Assembly: GCA_964291415.2 (NCBI GenBank)
Contig: OZ219919.1
Span: forward strand, 96,001 to 160,000
DNA: 64,000 bases
Origin: Alphaproteobacteria bacterium
GTDB taxonomy: Bacteria; Pseudomonadota; Alphaproteobacteria; SP197
Direction of reading: 5' to 3'
The notes under the pieces are model-generated. The model did not search any database and was not told where the DNA came from. It saw only the letters and a list, made by a program, of their open reading frames with translations. Within the stretch, counting starts at the first letter, position 1, and each line of letters starts with the position of its first letter. This document shows positions 56,093 through 64,000 of the stretch, piece after piece. A program made the position numbers and the translations under genes.

Positions 56093-57409
56093 TCATCTCG
56101 CAGGCCTGTGGCGTGGTGTCGCAATGCCGTACTCCCGCAGAGTGCTTTCCACGCTCGGCCGTCGAAGTCGAACTCTTCCGTCATTCAACAGATAGGAAAA
56201 CACGTACCCCAGACCCAGGATCAGCACGCCGATGAGGAAGCAATAGATGATGGCGCGGTCAGGGTACTGATCCTTGAGATACCCGATGTAGAGGGGACCA
56301 CAAACCCCCGCAGCCGCCCAGGCCGTCAACATCACTCCGTAGACCGACGACATTCTCCGCGTCCCGAACACATCCAGAATGAACGACGGCATCGTCGCAA
56401 AACCGCCGCCAAAGCAGAGAAGGATGTAACAGACAAGAATCGAGAAAATCCACGGATCTCGCTCGGTCATCAAGATTCCGAAAACGATCATCTGGCTGGC
56501 AAGCAGAATTCTGAACACGCGGACACGACCAATTCGATCCGAGAGCAACCCCCAGAAGAGTCGTCCGACGCCGTTGCAGATCGAGCTTGCGGCAATCAGG
56601 GTCGCGCCATATTCGGCGAGAGTTTCCGGCTCCACCGACGGATCGGCAAGCCCCCAGACGTCCTGAAGCAAGGGTGACTGAAAGCTGATGACGGCAATTC
56701 CCGCAGCAATATTGAAGAAAAACACAATCCACATCACCGCGAATTCACCCGAACGCAGGCAGCGCGCGGTCGAACCGGGATCCTCCTCCAGTTCACCTGT
56801 CGTCCCGCTGCTGCGGAAACGCCTCGTGAATTCCGGCGGTGGATCCCTCAAAGCCCAGCTGCACGGGAGCAACACAGCGGCAAACACCACTCCGAGCCAT
56901 ATGAAGACGAGCGGCAAGTCGCCCTTCGTCTCGACCACCAGCAAGGGCGCAAGTCCCTTGCTCAGGACAACCGCTCCTATCCCGAAGCCCATGACGACAA
57001 TGCCGGTGGCCAATCCCTTGCGATCCGGAAACCACTTGGCAACCGTGGCCACGGGTGTGACGTAGCCGAGCCCGATGCCGGCACCCCCGATGACGCCGTA
57101 GCCAAGATAGAAGAGCAGGAGGCTCTCAATGTGCAGTGCGAACCCCGCCAGGACATAGCCTCCCGAGAACATCACGCTCCCGGCGAGCGCCAGTCGGCGG
57201 GGACCGAGCTTCGGCAAAAGCATGCCTGCGCCTGCAGCGGACATGCCGAGCGAAAATATGGTGATGCTGAACGCCACCGCCGTGTCCGTAAACGACCAGC
57301 CCAGCTGCCTGACCAGGAGCGTCTGAAAGAAGCTCCATGCGTAGACGGTGCCCAGACACACCTGAAGCAGGGTACAGCAAAGGATCGCAACTACACGTGA
57401 TTGTGTCAT
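56093..57409 (-). CDS. OFA-family (oxalate/formate antiporter-like) MFS transporter
   Basis: LGTVYAWS, GYGVIGGAGIGLGY, KWFPDRKGLATG, NGVGRLFWG, FGGGF. Confidence 0.92.
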   Translation of the reverse strand: MTQSRVVAILCCTLLQVCLGTVYAWSFFQTLLVRQLGWSFTDTAVAFSITIFSLGMSAAGAGMLLPKLGPRRLALAGSVMFSGGYVLAGFALHIESLLLFYLGYGVIGGAGIGLGYVTPVATVAKWFPDRKGLATGIVVMGFGIGAVVLSKGLAPLLVVETKGDLPLVFIWLGVVFAAVLLPCSWALRDPPPEFTRRFRSSGTTGELEEDPGSTARCLRSGEFAVMWIVFFFNIAAGIAVISFQSPLLQDVWGLADPSVEPETLAEYGATLIAASSICNGVGRLFWGLLSDRIGRVRVFRILLASQMIVFGILMTERDPWIFSILVCYILLCFGGGFATMPSFILDVFGTRRMSSVYGVMLTAWAAAGVCGPLYIGYLKDQYPDRAIIYCFLIGVLILGLGYVFSYLLNDGRVRLRRPSVESTLREYGIATPRHRPAR

Positions 57410-57415
57410 TTCAGA

Positions 57416-58165
57416 CTACTCGTCGCTGCGATCCGACGTGGACTGCCGTCTGGTTCCATGACCGTCTGTCGCTCGCGAAAAATGCAGAATCAGCCGTGCC
57501 AGATCGCCGGCTTCGTCATTGCGCGCCAACAACTTCTCACGCGTGGCGCCGTCAGCCGATTGTTCTTTCGCGAGCCCGACCGCGAAGCTCAGCAGTCCGT
57601 CAACCGGCTTAGCCGCAAAATTGACGAACCAAATCGCGGCAAAAACCCCGACAACGAAAATCATGCACATGAGGTAGACTTGCTGACCGATTGCTCTCTG
57701 GATCTTCAAGGCGATCAACCCGGTGTCCATGCCTATGTGCACCGTACCAGCCACGCCCGCCAGGATCGGGCTCGCCACTTCAATGAAGTCGCCCATACCG
57801 GGCAAGCTGCGTTCCACCGTCGTCGTACTTGTCACGTCACCAGCCCTGATTTGCTCCGGAATGCCCGGGACGAAGGTATGGGCAAGGATCTCGCCGGTTT
57901 CACTGACAATGTAGATGTAGCTTACGCCCTGAATCTCGATGAATTGATCAATCAGGGACTGCAAGGCGGTCAGGTTGCTGTTCAACAGGATATCGACACT
58001 GGCATCCGCAATCGTCTTCGCAATTCCCTTGCTGTTCTCCTCGTATTCCTTGGACAAATGTGTATCGACCGCATAAATGCTCAGCCAGGATGTCGACACG
58101 CCGATCACACCAAACAGGAAGAAAACGCCAAAGAGTGTCCGTCGGAAGAGTTTCGGTATTTTCAT
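57416..58165 (-). CDS. Membrane sensor with two TM helices, periplasmic domain and HAMP, no output domain
   Basis: TM1, periplasmic VSYIYIV...ILAHTF, TM2, KPVDGL...NDEAGDLARL HAMP, then stop. Confidence 0.8.
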   Translation of the reverse strand: MKIPKLFRRTLFGVFFLFGVIGVSTSWLSIYAVDTHLSKEYEENSKGIAKTIADASVDILLNSNLTALQSLIDQFIEIQGVSYIYIVSETGEILAHTFVPGIPEQIRAGDVTSTTTVERSLPGMGDFIEVASPILAGVAGTVHIGMDTGLIALKIQRAIGQQVYLMCMIFVVGVFAAIWFVNFAAKPVDGLLSFAVGLAKEQSADGATREKLLARNDEAGDLARLILHFSRATDGHGTRRQSTSDRSDE

Positions 58166-58166
58166 G

Positions 58167-59432
58167 TCACGCAAACCTCTCCTGCCAGTTGTGGAGCGGC
58201 ACAAACCGACCCTCATCGACAACGGTGTAGTAAACCTTTTGCAAGCCTTGACGCCGCTGTGGTCCGAACGACACCGCCTCGCCAATTCCCAGGTCATAGT
58301 CCGTTATGCTGAACACGGCATCCTCCAGCGCGTACCGTTCCGGTGTTTCGCCGAGGCGTCGCAGAATCTCAACCATCATCTTGGCGTCAAGGAAGCCCTC
58401 GAGACTTACAAAGCTGTGTGAAAACGGCGTGTAGCTTTCCGTCAACAATTCCTGCGGCGCGGAAGGATCATAGCGCGCCATCAGTTCCTGGTACTGCTTG
58501 ACTGCCGGAATCGACGTATCGTGGTAGCTGGGCACGACCTGCGAATTCACCAGCAGAGCGGTGTAACGTTCGCCGTCGTCGCGCCCCTGGGTGATGAGAT
58601 TGACCAGATTCTCGCTCCCGACAAAGGACACATTGGCTATGGGAACCTGCAACCCAAGGTCCACGGCATCACGGAGAAACGCAGCGCATGCGGCGTAGGC
58701 TCCAATGCAGATGACGGCATCGGGGCGTGATGCCTTGAGAATCTCCACCTGATCGCGCATGACGCCGGTGAACTTCGAACCCCGCCTGTAGGTCGCCTCG
58801 CCGGCAATCTGCTCTCCATACTGCTTGAGCGCCCGGCGCACGCCCGCCCAGCCGCTGCGGCCGTAGGCGTCGGCCTGATAGAAGACCGCAATGCGTCTGC
58901 GACCGATGTTGACGAAGTTCTGGACAAGGCCGGCTGTCTCCTGGCGATAGGAGGCGCGAAGATTGAAGGCGAAGGGGCCATAGGGCGGCTCCCGCTGGGG
59001 CTGCGCGCCGGTGAATGGAAAAAACAGGTAGATCTGTTTCTCCTGGAACTTCTTGAGCATGGGAAGGACGCGCGTGACCGTCGGTGTGCCGACATAGCCG
59101 AACAGGGCGAAGACGTCGTCCTCCAGCATGAGAGTCAGCGTGTTCTTGACCGCGGGGTCGGGTTGATAGCCGTCGTCGTAGGTCTTCAGGACGACCTTCC
59201 TGCCTCCGATGCCACCGTGCCGGTTGACATGCTCGAAGTAGGCGCTCGCTCCGCGAAACAGCTCTATGCCGAGACCACGGGACGGCCCTGAGAATGCGGC
59301 AGACATTCCCAGCACGATCTCACTGTCGGTGACCCCAGATGACGTGGTCGCGCCAAGCGACTTCGCACCGAGCCCCATCAGGCATCCGGCAAGACCATAC
59401 CGGAGAACATGCCGTCTCGTCGCTGGCGTCAT
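58167..59432 (-). CDS. LivJ-type periplasmic binding protein with Tat-like leader
   Basis: TRRHVL leader, GMSAAFSGP, GGIGGRK, YDDGYQP, GYVGTPT, NLRASY. Confidence 0.88.
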   Translation of the reverse strand: MTPATRRHVLRYGLAGCLMGLGAKSLGATTSSGVTDSEIVLGMSAAFSGPSRGLGIELFRGASAYFEHVNRHGGIGGRKVVLKTYDDGYQPDPAVKNTLTLMLEDDVFALFGYVGTPTVTRVLPMLKKFQEKQIYLFFPFTGAQPQREPPYGPFAFNLRASYRQETAGLVQNFVNIGRRRIAVFYQADAYGRSGWAGVRRALKQYGEQIAGEATYRRGSKFTGVMRDQVEILKASRPDAVICIGAYAACAAFLRDAVDLGLQVPIANVSFVGSENLVNLITQGRDDGERYTALLVNSQVVPSYHDTSIPAVKQYQELMARYDPSAPQELLTESYTPFSHSFVSLEGFLDAKMMVEILRRLGETPERYALEDAVFSITDYDLGIGEAVSFGPQRRQGLQKVYYTVVDEGRFVPLHNWQERFA

Positions 59433-60070
59433 GTGATGTGCTCCCGGCCGTTGTCCAGCGTATCCGTGATTCCAACGGCGCCCGCTTCCGACGGCGATCC
59501 CGCAGGCAACATGGCGTTCAATTCGCTGAACACCCCCGGCCCGGACTCCACCATGATCTCATCCTCATGCTGACAATTGACATTGCTGGAGAAAGCAAGG
59601 CCCGACCCAGTAGCCTGTACCGGTGGCTTGGTGGTGACAACGGGATTGAGCATCCTGTCAATGGTGTCGGGCGGCACGCCGCTTGCGTCGTCCGTGATGT
59701 GAATCTCCATGCACTTCCCGGAACGCCGGGTGACGAGAGTGAGTGATGGATCGTATCTGGTTCCGTCGCTACTTTCTTCGGTTGAGCGACGTTTTTCAAC
59801 CGTCGCCGGACAAGCGCTTCCGACCGGGTTCGGAGAACTGCGACACTCATCCCGAAAGACGACGTCGAGCAAGACCATCATTGAATCGATGCCCTTGATG
59901 ATCTCGCGCTGAAAGTCCGGGTCGCTGGTCGGGGCCGCAGAGTGCGAGCCACTTGTGCCTGTCGAACAACGCGTCGAAATCGATTGCCCGTTGGCCGCGC
60001 CTGCCTTGCCCCATGCCGAGGACGTGATGCACTGACCTGCCTTGCGTTGTGTGGATCAAGGATCGTCAGA
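59429..60070 (-). pseudogene. Decayed NtrB-like histidine kinase
   Basis: Degenerate boxes ITDDASGVP, NPVVTTKP, ATGSGLAFS, VESGPG; frameshifted upstream segment; conserved N-box and Gly residues lost. Confidence 0.75.
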
Positions 60071-60148
60071 GAGTCCCGGCCGGTCGCACGAAGACCAATC
60101 GGAGAGCCAAGGCTGATGCCGTCGCAGACGCGATGACGGTGGCAGCTG

Positions 60149-60410
60149 GTGGTCGATCTGTGGCGGACCTGGCAGGTTGCACTGAAAGCGGGTCGTTCGG
60201 GCCGCCTCGACCGGTCCCGCCATCTGTCACAGGTCCTCCTCACGAGGAAGCGCATCGGGAACGTCCTGGAGATCCGTGTGCGTTACCGCTATCGCCGCAT
60301 CCACGTTCCGTCCCGTCACGAGGGCCGGCAGATCAGTGCCGGGCGGCTCAGTCGGATGTCTTGCGAGGAGGGGCTCCAGTTGCCGAAGAGTACCGGGCGC
60401 CGGTGTTCGT
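60149..60410 (+). mobile_element. IS3-family transposase OrfB relic
   Basis: RKRI...RVRYRYRRIHVPSRHEG...RLSRMSCEEGLQL resembles IS3/IS407 RYGYRRIHVLLRREG...RVYRLYxEEGLQL; no DDE domain. Confidence 0.7.
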
Positions 60411-60427
60411 GTCCCGCAATGCCTTGC

Positions 60428-60859
60428 TCACCGCTCTTGCCTCGGCCTGTTCTTGCAGAATGAGATGATCTCAGGCGGCGGCCTCGCCCACGGCACTCTT
60501 GAAACAGTCCAAATCTGATATCCGGGAACGACGACATCGGGGTCGTCAAATGATCCTGCCTTCACATGGACGACCTTGTCATTGCGAGACGAACGCGTGA
60601 AAACAGGTGATCCGCAAACCCTGCAGATGAATCGCGCTACCTCTCCTCCACTCTCTCCGGACGTCGTGAACGAGGAGAGTGAAGAACCTTCAAGACTGAA
60701 CGCCGACTTCTCAACCCGCTCGCCGACATTGAACGCACTGCCATTTGCGCGTCGGCAATCTCGACAATGACAGTAGTTGGCGTCGCCAATCTTGCCATCG
60801 ATGCGGAATCGAATGCTGCCGCAAAGACACCCGCCACGCGTCATCTCGTCCGGTTTCAT
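60428..60859 (-). CDS. GFA/CENP-V family protein
   Basis: GGCLCGSIRF, CHCRDCRR, CRVCGSP zinc motifs. Confidence 0.9.
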   Translation of the reverse strand: MKPDEMTRGGCLCGSIRFRIDGKIGDANYCHCRDCRRANGSAFNVGERVEKSAFSLEGSSLSSFTTSGESGGEVARFICRVCGSPVFTRSSRNDKVVHVKAGSFDDPDVVVPGYQIWTVSRVPWARPPPEIISFCKNRPRQER

Positions 60860-61051
60860 GCGAATCTCTCCCATCACGCGGTTCGGCTGACGACTCGCCA
60901 AGCACACTCAAGACCGGTCAATTGTGTTCGGCTGGACCCCCTGTTCTACCATGCCTGGTCCCCGAGTTCCGACAGGCCGACCTGAGTGCGTGGGGACTGG
61001 AAGGGAGATACCGAGTCAATCCTGGCCACGCATGCCTTCCGCCCGCCGTCG

Positions 61052-62266
61052 TCAGGGACCGGGGGAACCGGTTCGGCGTTCCAGCCCCGATCTGAACACG
61101 ACTGCGAGGAACGCCAGGACCATGCCGAGTCCAGCCATCACCAGGAACGTTGCGCTGCCGCCGACGAGGCTCAGCGAGAGTCCGATCCACAACGCGGCCA
61201 GCACTGCCGCTCCCTTGTCCAGCAAGGCGGAGGCACTCACGACGCGTGCCATCAGGTGGTCGGGCGTGTGCGAGGCCCTGGCCGAGAGGTAGAGCACAAG
61301 CAGGAATCCTTCGCCGGCTCCGATGAGGAAGGCGCCAGACAGAAGGACATGAAGGCCCCCCTGGGCAATGAGCACCGCGCCGGCCGAAAACACAATCAGA
61401 CAACAGGCCGGGATGTTCCCGCTCCTCAACCCGAGATAGCCGGAACACAACGTCCCGAGTACTGACCCGGCCGCATAGGATGACACGGCGTAGGACGCCG
61501 CAAGGGCATCGCTGGCATCACCGCCGGAACCCACGTAGACAAGTCCCAGGACGACGCCGTATCCGACGGCGCCGTAGGCGGTCCAGATCAACTGCATGGT
61601 GCGCAGGCGCGCATGGCCCAGGAAGAACACCAGACCCTCGCGGATATCGCGCAGGAGGCTGCCGTTGCCTGAAGAGACGTTGGCCTGTGAGTCGATGCTG
61701 ACGAAGAGGATCGCCAGGGCGAATGCGGCGAGAAACGCGGATACGAGCGACAGTGCCTCGACGGCTCCAACCATCGCCGCGGTGAAGCCGGCGACGGCGG
61801 GGCCGGCGATCCAGGCAACCGACTCGGAGGCTTCCGTCCATCCGTAGGCGCCTTCAAGTTCGGTCTTCTCGACGAGCTGCGGCACGATCGCCGATCGCGC
61901 CGCATTCGAGACTGACGACAGGGTTCCGAACGGTGCGGCAGCCGCAAACAGGGCGATCAGAACAGGTCCGTCCAGAATGTGGACGATGACGACAAGGAAA
62001 AGCAGGAGGGCACGGCCGAAATCGGCCAGGATCATCAGACGCTTGCGGTCGCGCCGGTCGAGGATGGCGCCGAAGGGAAGGTGGAACACGAAGTACGGCA
62101 CCATCTCCAGGACGACAACGAACGACACGAGGGTTGCAGATCCGGTGAGGTCAAGAACGATCAGGGGAATGATGACATCGCCTGCGGCCTCCGCGGAGTT
62201 CAGCACGCATTGCGCAAGCACGAAGACCCGGAAACGGGCGTTTCTCTCGATGAGGCGAAACATCAT
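61052..62266 (-). CDS. MFS transporter (EntS/macrolide-efflux-like)
   Basis: GAILDRRDRKRLM motif A, IAGPAVAG, IREGL, about 12 TM segments. Confidence 0.85.
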   Translation of the reverse strand: MMFRLIERNARFRVFVLAQCVLNSAEAAGDVIIPLIVLDLTGSATLVSFVVVLEMVPYFVFHLPFGAILDRRDRKRLMILADFGRALLLFLVVIVHILDGPVLIALFAAAAPFGTLSSVSNAARSAIVPQLVEKTELEGAYGWTEASESVAWIAGPAVAGFTAAMVGAVEALSLVSAFLAAFALAILFVSIDSQANVSSGNGSLLRDIREGLVFFLGHARLRTMQLIWTAYGAVGYGVVLGLVYVGSGGDASDALAASYAVSSYAAGSVLGTLCSGYLGLRSGNIPACCLIVFSAGAVLIAQGGLHVLLSGAFLIGAGEGFLLVLYLSARASHTPDHLMARVVSASALLDKGAAVLAALWIGLSLSLVGGSATFLVMAGLGMVLAFLAVVFRSGLERRTGSPGP

Positions 62267-62520
62267 GAAGCAGCGGCAGGCGCCGTTTCGATCACAGGCA
62301 TGTTCGCCGTAGGGGAATTGGACGCATGAAGCAGACCGGCGATGAGACGCAGGCACCGGGGCCGGCTTGTTGGCAGCGCCACGCCGGCGCCTGCCTCTCG
62401 TCCGGAGCGATCCTGCCGCGACCGCTGGCAACGGCGCCGATCAGGAGGAGCACAGCGCGCATCGGACCTGCAAAGCCCGAGGTTCGCGAAACAACGACCG
62501 CCTGGAGAGAGGTGCCGTCG

Positions 62521-63336
62521 TCAGAACGCGTAACGCAGCGACAACCGGACGCCGTGGCTCTCGAGGCTCGCCTTGGTCGGCGCGAGATCAAGCGGCAATG
62601 GCGACCGGCTCCCGTCGCGCCAGACGACCCGGCCCGGCCCGCGCGGCGTGCGGACCTCGCCGAGGTCCGTGTAACGCCAGGCCAGATCGAGGCTGACGCC
62701 CTCGTCGAGCGCCAGCGCGACCCCGGCCGTCGCCATCCACGCCAGTCCGGTCCGGCTGCCGCCCGGCACGATGGTCGTCGTCGCCGGAAACGTCATGGTC
62801 GTTTGCCCGATCCTGGTGTGCACGGCGCCGATTCCCGCACCGATGAAGGGCGCAAAGGGGCCGAACTCGGGCGCCCCCAGGTCCGTGAGATCAACGAAAC
62901 CGGCAATCATCCCGGAGAGAGACGACAGGTCTGCCGAAACGTCCTGCCGGCGCTCCGGCGCCAGGAAGTTCGCGCGGCCCTCGAATGAAAAGCCGGGCCG
63001 GTATTCGACCAGCACCTCGAACCGGACCGCCCCGGTCTCGTAGCCCAGTCCGAGTTCCACCGAGGGCACCGTCCCGAAGTCTCCCGCCGAACGATAGGGC
63101 GCACCATCGCCTCCCGTTCCGCAGCCGTAGAGAGCCGCCGGCGTGGTCGTGGAGCAATCGGTGTCGGTAAAGTCTGCCGTCCCCGGCCTGTCGAGGCCGA
63201 TGCCGCCGCGCAGATAGTAGTCTCCGGCAAGCGCGAGTTCGCAAACCAGACACAGTCCGGCAGCGATAGCCATTGTCGCGACTTTCGCAAGACGCGAATG
63301 TCCGCTGCGTGTCATCCCGAGGAATGATCGAGTCAT
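62521..63336 (-). CDS. Outer-membrane beta-barrel (opacity-porin/OmpA-TM-like)
   Basis: Signal peptide, YYLRGGIG, ELGLGY, PFIGAGIG, LAWRYTDLG, terminal LRYAF; GGAG RBS. Confidence 0.85.
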   Translation of the reverse strand: MTRSFLGMTRSGHSRLAKVATMAIAAGLCLVCELALAGDYYLRGGIGLDRPGTADFTDTDCSTTTPAALYGCGTGGDGAPYRSAGDFGTVPSVELGLGYETGAVRFEVLVEYRPGFSFEGRANFLAPERRQDVSADLSSLSGMIAGFVDLTDLGAPEFGPFAPFIGAGIGAVHTRIGQTTMTFPATTTIVPGGSRTGLAWMATAGVALALDEGVSLDLAWRYTDLGEVRTPRGPGRVVWRDGSRSPLPLDLAPTKASLESHGVRLSLRYAF

Positions 63337-63708
63337 GCTGCCCTCCTGATTTCGTGACAGCACTGCAACACCACTGGGGAAGCGTGTTTGCCAGGGTTGC
63401 ACGACATGACCGACGGATACCACGGCCCACGCCCGAAACCCAAGTCTCTCCAGTTCTCGGTTGCCGGCGTCCTCCCTGAATCCCTCGATCGGAACCGTCG
63501 GCGCTCCCTGACGATCGACTCCTCGCACCGCGAGGACAAGACGGCCTGGGAATACCGGAGACCTGCCCGGGCGACGTCAGCGGCCTGCAACTCTTCGGAG
63601 TGCGCGGATTGACAGGGTGGGATCAACCAGAGGCGTGTTCGACTTCTCCAGCGGCAACGACGCGGCAGTCGATTGTTTCGCCTCGTCCTTCGTGTACCAT
63701 CGGTATCC

Positions 63709-63924
63709 ATGGACATGGCGGCCGTCATCTTCATCACCCTCGGCATCATGATCGTCGGGTTCGGGCTGCTTTCGCTCGCCAACATTCTCAACATGAGCTT
63801 TACGGAACACCAGCGGGAGCATGCGGATATCACCAACCCGCGCTTCAGGCTCTCGATGGCGAAGTTCATGGTCATGGGCTTCGTGATCATCGCCATCGGC
63901 GGTGTCTTCGCCCTCCTTGCCTGA
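63709..63924 (+). CDS. Small two-TM hypothetical membrane protein
   Basis: Two hydrophobic helices; codon usage like neighbouring genes. Confidence 0.5.
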   Translation: MDMAAVIFITLGIMIVGFGLLSLANILNMSFTEHQREHADITNPRFRLSMAKFMVMGFVIIAIGGVFALLA

Positions 63925-64000
63925 CGCCCTCACCTGTCGTCCAGACGGCCGCTGCCTCGTGCGTGGCGGACAAGCGCATCGTCGGTATCGAACCACGCAA

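Noticed and set aside
63360-63570. Possible cobalamin riboswitch (CCACTGGGGAAG ... CCGGAGACCTGCC)
   Set aside because: The two motifs are about 185 bp apart, the 5' core elements are missing and no B12-related gene follows; a covariance-model search would settle it.
63480-63612. Possible DUF427-like remnant (SLTIDSSHREDKTAWEYRRP)
   Set aside because: A single weak motif with no intact ORF context.
1-64000. Many long antisense or alternate-frame ORFs (e.g. 1105-2958, 36885-38834, 17861-19549, 42907-44475)
   Set aside because: Shadow ORFs typical of high-GC DNA; Arg/Pro/Ala-rich, motif-free and overlapping well-supported genes.
1-64000. CRISPR array or integron attC array
   Set aside because: No regularly spaced short repeats, cas genes, intI or recurring attC hairpins seen.

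Overview
High-GC bacterial DNA, most consistent with a marine alphaproteobacterium (inference from gene content). About 52 intact CDSs, mostly catabolic: a TmoXWV/ProVWX-like quaternary-amine ABC transporter, a Rieske oxygenase, an MttB-family methyltransferase/flavin oxidoreductase/Xsc-like operon, a GlnT/GmaS-like ligase, cobalamin genes (cbiD, cobK, cobA, cobB) with a TcuA/CobZ-N-like flavoprotein, a deaminase-creatininase cluster, maeB, a Kef antiporter, nth and a VapBC toxin-antitoxin pair. The unexpected structure lies between the genes. (i) Two loci (7.7-10.4 kb and 19.4-22.5 kb) look like microhomology-joined tandem duplications of a 'gene end - middle gene - gene end' unit in which one copy now carries an unrelated gene, leaving 75-89%-identical scars. 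(ii) A 1.07-kb near-identical inverted copy of the transporter binding-protein gene brackets about 19.6 kb and sits behind a different promoter with 11-bp-phased direct repeats, divergent from a fused histidine kinase-OmpR regulator. (iii) There are a decayed tRNA-Met 3' half, IS3/IS66/possible IS5 relics and a decayed histidine kinase. No CRISPR array, rRNA, intact tRNA, integrase or intact transposase was seen. All identities were counted by eye; no database searches were run.
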